Shown here piece by piece: positions 49,849-60,094 of a stretch of 64,000 bases of DNA. The notes under the pieces were generated by a model that saw only the letters and a program-made list of their open reading frames with translations, did no database searches and was not told where the DNA came from. A program made the position numbers and the translations under genes. Source of the DNA: Azolla caroliniana (Eukaryota > Plantae > Polypodiophyta); NCBI GenBank assembly GCA_043228905.1, contig JBHGNT010000016.1:10416001-10480000 (forward strand), read 5' to 3'. Each line of letters starts with the position of its first letter. The first letter of the stretch is position 1.

Positions 49849-52659
49849 TTATTCTTCCGGTTGTGGTTGTTGCGGCTGTGCTTGCTGCTGCTGCTGTGGT
49901 TGCGGTTGGGACTGAGGCTGCTCCGGCTGCTCTATAGGCGGCTGCTCGGCGGCTGCTCCGTTTGTTTCTCTATTCTCTGACTCCGGCATCTCCGTTTGAC
50001 TGCTTTCGGTCCGGTCTCCTTCCAGTACCGGTTCCTCATCACTGAGGTTGACCGTAACCAGTTCTCGTGCTTTCTCTTCCCGGATCCGGGACCTCTCATA
50101 GCTTTCAAACTGGATCTGCGCCTCCAGCCTGTCGTCGTCCAGCTGAGCTACAAGTTGCCGGACCTGCTCTAGTTGGTCCTCCGCCAAGGCTTGAAAGTCT
50201 TCGGCCAGCTCATCTCTTATGCCGGTGAAGTCTTCGGAATTCAGCATATAGCAATCATCTCCCTCCTTCCGCCGGTTCTCTACGTCGGCCCGGAGCAACT
50301 GGAGTTCCGCCGCGTTCGTGGCCCACTTGGTCCACCATTTGACGGACCCGTTGTCAATCAAGCTCTTGGTCTGGTTCAATCAGGCCCGCATGATATCCTG
50401 GATGCGACTTGCTCCCATTTGTGCTCTGCTTTCCACAACTTGTCGCTCCTCCTTCAACTGCTTGATGAGATTAGCCGTATCCTCCGCCTGCTCTTTGTAG
50501 CGCGTCATCTGCCTTTGATATGTCGTTTGCAGCCTCTGCAGTACCTCCGCCGCTCTTTCTTTTTCCGCCTGCTATTGCCTGAGGAGCTCTGTCCGAACCT
50601 TCTCCGCCTCTTCCAACCGTCTTCTGGTTTCCGCTTGTTCCTTGGCGAATGCGGTTGCGGTCCGATCAACTGCTTGCCGGAGCTCATCTGTCCGTTCCTT
50701 GTGCTCCGTTTGCAACCGTTTATACTCCCGGTGTAATTGCTCAAATTCCTCCGTTTTTTGTTTGAGCATGCCGTTGATCTGGCGATGGTTCCGGTCCTCC
50801 CGGTCCTTTACCTGCCGGAGTTCCTCTTTCAGGCGCTCTACTTCTGTTTCGGCGTTTCTCCGGAGCCTCTCCTTCTCTTGCAGCATTTTCTCCTTCTCCT
50901 CCTTGAGCCGGTCGTACGCTTGGTGGCCTTTCCGTAAGCTCTCCTCGACCCGGCGTAGATTCTCAGCAGTCTTTTTGAGTTCTGCCTCCGCTGCCGTCTT
51001 CAATTCTCTTTCGCGGCTCCTCAGCGCTTCTTGGGCAGTTAGCTCATCCTTTAAATCCGCCAGCTCTTGGGCTTGTGCTGCATTTCTCTCCGGAACGGTT
51101 TCCGTTGCCGGGGTCTGGTTGCTATGTACAGGTTGATCTGACGCCTTATTCTGTACATTGCCCGGAGTCACCGGTGCTTGGACTTGTGTTGTCAAAGCCA
51201 ATTGAGCCATTTCCCTTGTGACCCTGTCCTAGTCTTGTTCAAGGCTCCGGATTCTGGACCGGGCCGTCTCTAGATCTACGGTTGTGACGAGCAACCGTTC
51301 CTGGTGCGCTCTCTCCTCCGCCTCTATATACTCGACCGCTCCGGCGATTTGCTCGCCTACCCACCGTAGCCACATGCTACTGGTGCCTTGCTGCTGTACT
51401 GGTCGGGTCGGCTGGTTCACTGTGGAATTTTCTGGCCTGAGTGCCTGCATCTGCCGTTCTGGTTCTACTCCTTGGCCGCCGTGTGTGCTGGCTGGGCTCG
51501 CCGGCTGTTGAGTTCCGGTTCTCGCCGTCTCCGGAGCCGTTGGAATGACTTCTTCTATAGAAGTTGACAAGGCCGGTTCCCTACGCACCGGTTCCGGTTC
51601 CTCCCTTGTGGTTTGCTCAGGTTGAGTTGGGGGCGTTTCTGCCTCTCGCGGGTACGACCGCTCCCCCCCTGTCTCGGCGGTCCTACTTCTTGACCGTCGT
51701 TGGAGGTGCTCTTCTGGCTCCTCCGTTTCCTCTTCCTGTGTAACGGCATGTTTCTGTGCCGTCAAGGGTTCCGGTTCCTTCTGTCCCGGTCGCCGTATGG
51801 TTATCTTAACAGGTCGGGCCGGTGACACCTCCTCCGGTTCTGAGAGCCGTTTCTTCCCTTTCGTCGCCTTCGACGCCAGCAGCTGCTGTCGTTTGGATGC
51901 CGGCTTCGAGGTGCTTCCTTCCGATACTCTTGGCCGCTTCTTTGGCTGAACGGTCTCGACCGGCGGCACGAGCAATGTTATCCACTGAGCTACGGCATGC
52001 CACAGCGTCCGGCCCTCCTTGCCGTCCTTTCCTCGTACCATGTCGATTGCCATGCACAAACCGTCTGCAATCAACACTGGCCAATCCACCTTGGTCCCTT
52101 CATAGGTGGCTATGATCATCCCTGCCCGATTTTTTGGCATGACAGGGGGTTGGGGGTACACGTGGCCGTACTCATGGAGCACTCGAGCTATCTCCCTGAA
52201 TAGCGGATCTTCGCCGCCCTGCGTTCGATAGCCTTTGCCGGCAACAGAGTACTCACCGAAATATCGGATGAGTTGCTCCGAGGTTGGGTTATCGATCTGA
52301 AAGATACCTCCCTCCGGAAGGCCTGTTAGCGCACGGATCACTTCCTCGGTGATGACTTCTGTGTCGAGCTCCTTGATGACCCGGTCGGCTTCTCTGTGCG
52401 GTGGTGCCTCCATGATGGCCAAGAACCCCTCCAGTTCGTGTTGCCTGAACCATTTCCTGGCCGCTTCTGACAACGTTTGTGGTTCCATGTCTGCTTCGAG
52501 GTCGAGGAAAGATGGCGAGGTAGAGTGGTGATGAGAGTGAGAGCGAGAGAGAGAGCGTTCTGAACGCGGGGGTTCTCTGAGTGCAGGTTTGCGTTTGCTA
52601 AGCTTCCACTGCCTTGGTGCTTCTGTGCTTCTTGGCTCGCGAAAAAAGAAGGTCTCCAT
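49849..52659 (-). pseudogene. Extra (env-position) ORF, ~936 codons: globular N-terminus, disordered linker, long coiled coil; three in-frame stops
   Basis: ORFs 51229-52659, 50572-51210 and 49849-50379 share one frame, separated by TAG, TAG and TGA. Confidence 0.85.
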
Positions 52660-52873
52660 GCGCTCTTCTTTTTCTCTGTGCGTCTTGGCGCCTTTTTTCG
52701 AGCATGCGCACGTCGTGTACCGATTTAGTATTAAGTAACGTGGCGGCTCTTTAAATGCCCACTACGTACCTTTTCGCTCCTTGCTTTCACGTCCGTTCAC
52801 ACCTCGATTTTTAATGATTTTATTATTATTATTTATTTATTTATTTATTTATTTTAAATGACGGTATGTGACC

Positions 52874-55800
52874 TTACACATCCGTAGGTCCCCTCGGACC
52901 CTTACCGTTTTCCTTACGGGTTGCCGTGTCTTCCTTCGCCTCTGCTACGGGTTCCCCGTCGTCTTTTTCTTCCATCCGTACCGTTCCCGGTATAGTGCCG
53001 GTGGGCTGCATAAACGGGTTACTTGGCATCGGTCCTTTATAGGGCTTTAGTCTAAATCCGTTCACCCACTTGCCTAGTACTTCACCGGCAAGTGTCCCTA
53101 TCTGATAGGACCCGTTGTATTCCCGTGTCAGCCAATACGGGCCGGTCCATCTAAACCAGAGTTTACCCGGCATCTTGCCCATCCTTGTTTGGAATACTAG
53201 CACCGGCTTTCCGATTTCGAACATCTTCTCATTACCTTTCCGGTGACGGTCAACGAACGCTTTCCGTCGTCGTTGCTCCAGTTCCATGTGTAGGATGTTG
53301 GCCAGCCGTTGCTCCTCCAGTTCGCATAGTGCTGCTAGCCGCATTTCCTCCGACTCCTTTTCATTCAGCCGCTCCCGTAGTTGGATCCGTAAGCTTGGTA
53401 CCTGAAATTCCACCGGCATGACCGCCTCTAAACCGAACGCTAGCCGGAACGGCGTTGTCCGGATACTTGTTTTGTATGTCGTTCGGTACGCCCATAGCGC
53501 GCTATGGAGCTTTGTATCCCAGTCCGTTCGGTTTTCATTGACGATTTTGCGGAGAATGTTCTGCAGCGTTTTGTTGGTGGATTCTGCTAACCCGTTCGCT
53601 TGTGGGTAGTACGGTGTGCTCCGTTTATGGACCACGGCATAGAACGTTGTTAAGCTTTCCACTACCTGGCCGAGGAAGTGCCCTCCTTGGTCGCTGATTA
53701 ATTCAATCGGACATCCATATCGGCACCAAATGTTCTCGTACAGGAATTTTGCTGTGGATGACGCGGTATTGTCTCTCAAGGCCTTAGCCTCCACCCATTT
53801 AGTGCAATAATCCGTTGCCACGATGACATAACGATTACCTGTTCTCATTGCCGATGGCTTGAACGGTCCGACAAAATCCAACCCCCACTTCTGGAATGGC
53901 TCTAGTGGAAGTACCGGTTGGTGTGGCATCCGTGCTTGCTCCGTAGGCTGGCCCATTCGTTGGCATAGGTCACATTCCTTAGCATACTTGACGGCGTCTT
54001 TTAACGTCGTGGGCCACCACAAGCCGCTCTGCCATACTTTCCTTGCCGTCGCTTCCTCGGCATAGTGTCCTCCGGCAACCCCACAGTGTGCCTCCCGTAA
54101 GATTACTTCTTTCTCGTCACTACGGACTGCCCGTCTCCATATTCCATCTGCTCCTTTGTGGTAGAGAGTGTCCCGTAACAGACAGAAATTGTGGCTCTGC
54201 ACCGCCAGTCGTTTCCTCTCGTCCCGGTTCATTTCCTCCGGTGGCAGGCCCGTGCTTAGGAACTGGTGCATGTTTGTCAGCCACCTATCTTCTGATGCCA
54301 CCGTGTCGTCCGCTGCCGTTTCCGGGGTGATACGGAATAACTCTGCGTCCGGGAATTCATCCGATACTCCGTCGCCTGCTTCTCCGGACTCTAACCGGCT
54401 CAGATAGTCTGCTACGGCATGCTGGATACCGGGCCGGTGGAAGATCTCGAATTCGAACTCCTGCAACAGCAAGGTCCAACGAGCCAACTTACCGGTTAGG
54501 GACGCCTTGGACACTAAGTACAGGAGCGCCGAGTGATCCACATGAAAGGAGAACTTCCTTCCCAATAGGTAATGCCGAAACTTTGTGACACTGTAGATCA
54601 TGCCCAGGGCCTCCCGTTCCGTCGTCGAATAGTTCTTCTCCGCTTGGGACAGCTTCCGGCTGGCGTAATAGACCGGCCGGTACCATTTAGGCTCCGTAAG
54701 TTGCATTAAGGCGCTGCCGATAGCGATGTCGGACGCGTCAACGAACACGTGAAATTCCTTGCTCCAATCCGGAGGCTGCACGACGGGTGCTTGCGACAAA
54801 AGTACCTTCAGGGCATTGTATGCCTTATCCTCCGTATCTGTCCATTGGAACGGTGTCCGATGTACCGCGGTGTGTAATGGTGTAGCCAAGTCAGCCAAGT
54901 GACGGAGCATCCGGCTGTGCCACCGGATCTGTCCTAAGAATCGGCTTAGTGCTTTGGCCGTTTTCGGCGCCGGTGCCCCTAGTATCGCGTTTACTTTGTC
55001 CGGGTCGACCGCAATGCCCTCCTTACTTACAATGTGTCCCAGTAAGATTCCACTTGAAACCCCAAAGATGCATTTTGCTGGGTTTAAGCTTAGCCGGTAT
55101 AACCTACACTTTTCAAGGCATAACCGTAGGTGCTGCAAATGGTCTTTTCCCCGGCTATAGACTGCAAAATCATCCAGGAAAACTTGCATGAAGGCAGGAA
55201 TATATTCGCCGAAGATCTCCATGATGATTCGCTGGAACGTTGCTGGTGCCGTTTTTAGGCCGAACATCATGACTTCGGCCACAAACACCCCCCATTCGGT
55301 GACGAACGCTGTCTTCTCCTGGTCGTCCGGGTGCATCCGGATTTGATTGTAACCGCTGAACCCGTCTAGAAAGCTATAAACTTCATGGCCGGCGACGGCA
55401 TCCAGTACTCCATCCGTGAACGGAAGAGGGAATGCATCCGTAATTGTGGCTGCATTTAATTTCCTGTAATCTACACACACGCGGATTTTACCGTTCTTCT
55501 TTGGGACGACGACGATGGGGCTCAGCCACGTCGCTTTCTTTACCGGCCGGATGAAGCCCACTCTTAGGAGTTTGTCGATTTCCTCCTTCACTTTGGCGGC
55601 GTAGTTGGGGTTCATTCGGTAACGTCGTTGCGCCACTGGTTTCGCGTCCTTGCCTAAGTGGATCTGATGCTGATATAATTGCGGGTCCAGCCCTCGCATG
55701 TCCTCGTATGACCAGGCGAATACGTCGCGAAACTCCATGAGAAGTTTGATCATCGCCGCTCTATCTTCCGGCTTCATTTCTTTGGCGATGTGAACCGGCT

Positions 55801-55882
55801 TTGATTCATCCTTGCTTCCTAGGTTCACTTCGTCGAGCTGGGATGTTTTTACCCGTTGGGAAACGGCCATTTCCCGTTCCAA
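52874..55882 (-). CDS. Gypsy pol: RT, RNase H, integrase
   Basis: VCVDYRKLN, LDGFSGYNQI, FLDD, FVDASDIA, HHCC zinc finger, WGLDFVGP, SDQG, YPQANGLAE, WTGPY. Confidence 0.95.
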   Translation of the reverse strand: MEREMAVSQRVKTSQLDEVNLGSKDESKPVHIAKEMKPEDRAAMIKLLMEFRDVFAWSYEDMRGLDPQLYQHQIHLGKDAKPVAQRRYRMNPNYAAKVKEEIDKLLRVGFIRPVKKATWLSPIVVVPKKNGKIRVCVDYRKLNAATITDAFPLPFTDGVLDAVAGHEVYSFLDGFSGYNQIRMHPDDQEKTAFVTEWGVFVAEVMMFGLKTAPATFQRIIMEIFGEYIPAFMQVFLDDFAVYSRGKDHLQHLRLCLEKCRLYRLSLNPAKCIFGVSSGILLGHIVSKEGIAVDPDKVNAILGAPAPKTAKALSRFLGQIRWHSRMLRHLADLATPLHTAVHRTPFQWTDTEDKAYNALKVLLSQAPVVQPPDWSKEFHVFVDASDIAIGSALMQLTEPKWYRPVYYASRKLSQAEKNYSTTEREALGMIYSVTKFRHYLLGRKFSFHVDHSALLYLVSKASLTGKLARWTLLLQEFEFEIFHRPGIQHAVADYLSRLESGEAGDGVSDEFPDAELFRITPETAADDTVASEDRWLTNMHQFLSTGLPPEEMNRDERKRLAVQSHNFCLLRDTLYHKGADGIWRRAVRSDEKEVILREAHCGVAGGHYAEEATARKVWQSGLWWPTTLKDAVKYAKECDLCQRMGQPTEQARMPHQPVLPLEPFQKWGLDFVGPFKPSAMRTGNRYVIVATDYCTKWVEAKALRDNTASSTAKFLYENIWCRYGCPIELISDQGGHFLGQVVESLTTFYAVVHKRSTPYYPQANGLAESTNKTLQNILRKIVNENRTDWDTKLHSALWAYRTTYKTSIRTTPFRLAFGLEAVMPVEFQVPSLRIQLRERLNEKESEEMRLAALCELEEQRLANILHMELEQRRRKAFVDRHRKGNEKMFEIGKPVLVFQTRMGKMPGKLWFRWTGPYWLTREYNGSYQIGTLAGEVLGKWVNGFRLKPYKGPMPSNPFMQPTGTIPGTVRMEEKDDGEPVAEAKEDTATRKENGKGPRGPTDV

Positions 55883-55948
55883 CGCTTCCTGTGCTTGCCG
55901 TAATTCCTGAATCGCATCTTTGTCTGGTTCGGCTTCGGTTTCGTCCCG

Positions 55949-58717
55949 CTACGGCAAGTATGGCGCTACGGCTTCAGCCACGTCAATCTCGAAGAGTGGT
56001 ACGATCTTTGGGTGTTCCTCCAAGTACTGGGCTTCTTCGTCGTCTGCCAACCCTTCAAGCATGTTCACGCATTCCGCATATAGCGGTGTGCATTCCTTAC
56101 CGTTGCTCGTCCATGGTTGTGTCGGAACCCGGACCTTGGCTTTTCCGCGCCGGAAGGTAATCATATTTTTCCGCCAATTTTGCTTGATGTGTGCTGTTTT
56201 CAACCATGGTCTGCCCAGCAACAGTGGGTACGCGCCTTGCGCCTGTAGCTGCAACACTACAGCCGAGATGTGAAATGTGTGGCCTCTTATGGTGACTTCC
56301 AATTTCCGTATTAAGCCCGTTGGCCGTACAGAGCTCGTATCCGCCATCCGTAGCCAGAACGGACATGGCTCCCATTCATGTATACCCAAGGCATCACACG
56401 TGCGGAGGCTTATTACGTTCACCCCGGAACCTCCATCGATTACTGTGCCGGGAAGTTCGTGCCCTTTGACAATAGCTGTAATCACCGGACTACTTGTGTC
56501 CACCACCGTCGGTCCCTCCTCCGGATTCGAGAAAAGGACTGGTGCCGGTGGGGCTATACCGTTTGTCATGACCGTTTTTAGCCCTTCCGTAAATCGCGGC
56601 ACGAGCTGTAAGAGTCTTCCTAATGGCAACGTGATCTGACATTCTTGCAGTGTTTGCCATGTCTCGTTTTCTGGGTGGCTACCGCCGGCACTCCCTATGG
56701 TATTTGCCTTTTGCCGTTCCGTGTCCGCGACGTTCCTTTCATTGGCTTCCTTCACCCACTCCGTCGCCTGTTTTCGTATGGCCTCTTGTGTTTCCCACTC
56801 TTTGGCCATGCCTTTCGACCGTGTGGTTACTTGCTGTAAATCCGCCACTTCCGGAACCACCATATTAACTGCTGGTCGTTTATCGTAGCTCTTTGCCGGG
56901 CACTGGTTACTGTAGTGGCCTTCCTGCCTGCAGTAATAGCAGTATTCTTTACGGGTATTGCTGGATTCAGCTTTGCTGGTATCCGGAGTCGGTCCCATAG
57001 TGAGTGGTGCGTTCTGTGCCGGTTGGCTCCTTGGGGTTCCCTGTTCCGGGTCCCTAGTGTGACCACCTTTCTTGAAATTGCGTTTCTTATTATTCTTTTT
57101 ATTTCGGTAGTCCGGTCGTGGTGGATCGTAAAATCGGCCGTAGTCCTCCTGGTGCCTTTGGTAACCAGGGGAATGGTCTCTGTCGTATTGCTCGTGTCGT
57201 CTGTTGGGTTCCCGATAACGGTCCGATCGCTCATACCGGTCGTAGTTATCACGCCGATTCCCGTACCGACCATCATTCTCTTGTCTGTCTCCGTACCGGA
57301 CATCCTGTGCCGGTTGGTACCGGTTCATTCTTTGCCAACGATCGTCATCTTCGTCTCGGCTGCTTCTTGGCTTGATCCGTCGGACGGGTGGTGCTTGTCG
57401 GTTTAACAGGTTATACTCGCACCGGTCCGTTGTATGACTCTTGGATTGACAAATCACATACTGGGTTCGCATGGTGCACTCCACTGCCGAGTGTCCGGCA
57501 TTCAAGCAGATTGTGCATTGAATTGCCTGCCGGAACCGGAGATCTTCCTCGGTGGGTAACGCCCGTTGCAGCGTTCCCAGCGTAAGCCATGAGCTTGACT
57601 TTTCCATTTCTCTGACCCGGTCAATGACCTGGTCGATGGTGCATCCTCGAAAGTCGATCACCGTACACACCGTGCGTAACGGTTCCCGGAGTGCGTTTAA
57701 AAATATCGTCCGTAATTCCTCCTCCGGGGGTGCACGGGCAAGCTGGCTATGCATTCGTTGGAAACGGATGACGAATTGGGGAATGCTTTCCCCTGCCTCC
57801 TGTCGGATCGTATAAAACAGGCCCACCATTGTCGTCTGGTCGACCTCCTTGTGGAAAAAATGCAAGAATTTTGCTTTTAATTCTGCAAAGGTTGTGATGG
57901 TCGCCGGGTCCTGCGTCCGCCGCCATCGTGTCGCTGGTCCCTCCAACGTGACTCCGAATTCCGCTATCTTCGAGCGTTCTTCTTCCTCCGGTGTCATTCG
58001 CTGGGACGTGTGATTTGCTTCCCATGTCTGCTCGAAGTCATGAACATGCGCTTCCGCGTCCGGATCATCGCGATACTTTGAGTATTGGAACGGCATGTCG
58101 TCGTCCAGTATTAGGCCGCGGTTTAGTGGCGTTTGTTGATATCTTTCCGGTTTTCTCTCCGGTTCCACTTCCGGTTCTTTTGCCGGTGCTTTTTCCGGTT
58201 CCTTTTCCGGCTCTCCTTCCGGTACTTTTGCCGGCTCTTTCTTTGGTGTCGGTGGCTCTGCTTCTTCCACTTCCGGTGTTGGTGGGTTGACGGCTTCCGT
58301 TTGTGGTTCCGGATAGCCCTGGTTGAGCGGTTCCGGTTCTGGAGTCGGCACGGTATCCGACCCGTCGTCCTCCGGGCTGTCGGGGGTATCGTTGCTACTC
58401 CGGTAGTTCGTGTGCACGCTGTATCCCCCTTCGGAATCCGATTCGTAGGCTGAAAAGGCTGCTGCCTCGTTTTCTCCGCTTGCCAGCGCCTCCAGGAGGC
58501 TTTCGGTTTCCCGGAGACTACTTAGACTGCTTCCGTCGTCCTGGTCGCGAGTTTGCCGTAACCGAAGAGATTCCTCCGCGACTCTCCGGATCTCGTTGGA
58601 GAATGAACGATCCGAGCGAATTTCGTGCGCTGCTTGTTGGAAAGTCTCACGCTGTCTTTGCCGTTCGGCGAGGCGTCGAGCTCGGTCTGTAACCAAGTCG
58701 TGCGTTGGTCTAGTCAT
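55949..58717 (-). CDS. Gypsy gag-protease; in frame with pol across a single TAG
   Basis: IRQEAGESIPQFVIRF, knuckles CTICLNAGHSAVEC and CYYCRQEGHYSNQC, protease IDGGSGVN and LLLGRPWL. Confidence 0.93.
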   Translation of the reverse strand: MTRPTHDLVTDRARRLAERQRQRETFQQAAHEIRSDRSFSNEIRRVAEESLRLRQTRDQDDGSSLSSLRETESLLEALASGENEAAAFSAYESDSEGGYSVHTNYRSSNDTPDSPEDDGSDTVPTPEPEPLNQGYPEPQTEAVNPPTPEVEEAEPPTPKKEPAKVPEGEPEKEPEKAPAKEPEVEPERKPERYQQTPLNRGLILDDDMPFQYSKYRDDPDAEAHVHDFEQTWEANHTSQRMTPEEEERSKIAEFGVTLEGPATRWRRTQDPATITTFAELKAKFLHFFHKEVDQTTMVGLFYTIRQEAGESIPQFVIRFQRMHSQLARAPPEEELRTIFLNALREPLRTVCTVIDFRGCTIDQVIDRVREMEKSSSWLTLGTLQRALPTEEDLRFRQAIQCTICLNAGHSAVECTMRTQYVICQSKSHTTDRCEYNLLNRQAPPVRRIKPRSSRDEDDDRWQRMNRYQPAQDVRYGDRQENDGRYGNRRDNYDRYERSDRYREPNRRHEQYDRDHSPGYQRHQEDYGRFYDPPRPDYRNKKNNKKRNFKKGGHTRDPEQGTPRSQPAQNAPLTMGPTPDTSKAESSNTRKEYCYYCRQEGHYSNQCPAKSYDKRPAVNMVVPEVADLQQVTTRSKGMAKEWETQEAIRKQATEWVKEANERNVADTERQKANTIGSAGGSHPENETWQTLQECQITLPLGRLLQLVPRFTEGLKTVMTNGIAPPAPVLFSNPEEGPTVVDTSSPVITAIVKGHELPGTVIDGGSGVNVISLRTCDALGIHEWEPCPFWLRMADTSSVRPTGLIRKLEVTIRGHTFHISAVVLQLQAQGAYPLLLGRPWLKTAHIKQNWRKNMITFRRGKAKVRVPTQPWTSNGKECTPLYAECVNMLEGLADDEEAQYLEEHPKIVPLFEIDVAEAVAPYLP

Positions 58718-58752
58718 CCATTACCGTCGTTCGCTGCGAGAAAGCAGGAATC

Positions 58753-58762
58753 GTGGTCGCCA
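58753..58762 (-). promoter_or_regulatory. Primer binding site (tRNA-Arg-like)
   Basis: TGGCGACCAC 6 nt inside the 5' LTR boundary, element sense. Confidence 0.75.
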
Positions 58763-58768
58763 AAACTG

Positions 58769-59187
58769 TGTTACTCTCTGACCGGACAAGGTCTAACACA
58801 AGGTGTCACGGAGACACTTCACCAAAGGGTGATTACGGCATAGGATTAAGATTCAACGATTACACCGACTTACGTAGGTTACACGATTAAAGTGCTTTGG
58901 TTAATTACACGCATAAGATATAACAGTAAGTACAGAACGGAAATCAAGACAGAAGTATAAACATCATAAGCTCTATTAATTATCCGCTGCCATTACAATG
59001 GGGTCCGGGCCTTTAAATAGGTTTCCGGCCCGTAGTACAAAACGGTGCCTATCGCACCTATTCGGGATCCGTCCGGATCTGGAACGGCATACCGTTTCCA
59101 GTCCGTCCGTCCACACTATGCTCATTTACAACCATATATAATTAATTCCTTCACTCCGTATTTTGGACTCCTTGCCGGCCGGTAACA
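58769..59187 (-). repeat. 5' LTR (419 bp)
   Basis: Direct repeat of 49330-49748. Confidence 0.95.
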
Positions 59188-60094
59188 GGGCAGGCATAGG
59201 ACACCGTTTCACTGACAAAACACTATGAGAGCTGAAGATCGATGGGGGTGACTTCCTACTACTAGCGGAAGAGGACCGGTTCAGAAGGATGCTCGAGAGG
59301 CACGGGAAAGCCTTCGCATTCTCGCCGAGAGAGATCAGATGCGTCGACCCAACCATTGTCGAACCAATGGTGATCTTTACCGTGTCGCACGTGCCGTGGA
59401 GTCTCAAACCAATTCAAGTACCGAGAGCTCACATGCCAATGTTGATGGAGCTTCTTAAGCAGAAGGTGGAGCTGGGCATCCTCGAACCATCGAGTACCCC
59501 TTACTCTAACCGGTGGTTTACGATACCAAAGAAGAACGGTACATTGCGCTTCATCCAGGACTTACAACCGGTCAACATGGTGACCATCCGCAATATGGGA
59601 GTTGGGCCGTCGATCGATGAGTTCGTGGAAGCCTTCGCCGGAAGGTCCATATACTCGGTTGGAGACCTTTACTCGGGGTACGACCAGTTCTAGCTGGCCG
59701 TGGAAAGCAGGGACATCACAACAATGCGAACCCCTCTCGGCCTAGTTCGAATGTGTACCCTACCACAGGGAGGGACCAACTCGGTGGCACACATAGTAAA
59801 TGCAATGAACAGAGTCTTGCGGGATTGCATTCCGGACATCACAATGCCTTTCCTGGAAGACATCCCTATCAAGAGGTGTCCAAAGGACACCAAGGATGAA
59901 TCGATCGATGCGGACAGGTGCCGAAGGTTTGTCACCAACCATATCTCTGACTGCGAGAAAATACTATAGAGGTTCGAAGGCGCGGGGCTTACATTCTTGG
60001 GAGGAATGTCGGCCTTCGGACAGCCGGAGATCTTAGTGGTGGGCCATCTATGTGGGTCGTACGGACAGAAGCCATTGTCGACCAAGGTAGAGGC

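Larger units (their letters stand above)
49330..59187 (-). mobile_element. Full-length young Athila-like Ty3/Gypsy (9858 bp) with extra 3' ORF, TSD GGGCA
   Basis: 419-bp LTRs 49330-49748 and 58769-59187, one G/A difference by eye. GGGCA at 49325-49329 and 59188-59192. Confidence 0.97.
46976..60094 (+). mobile_element. tRNA-Trp-PBS Ty3/Gypsy copy 2: 5' LTR 46976-47607, gag to 49329, RT 59193-60090; split by the Athila-like element
   Basis: LTR TGTCG...CGACA; PBS; CIWCDATGHSRRDC; FIQDLQPVN, GDLYSGYDQF, LPQGGTNSV, PFLEDIPIK. Confidence 0.85.

Noticed and set aside
50572-51210. Host SMC/myosin-like coiled-coil gene
   Set aside because: Intronless, between the two LTRs, and in frame with the element's extra ORF.
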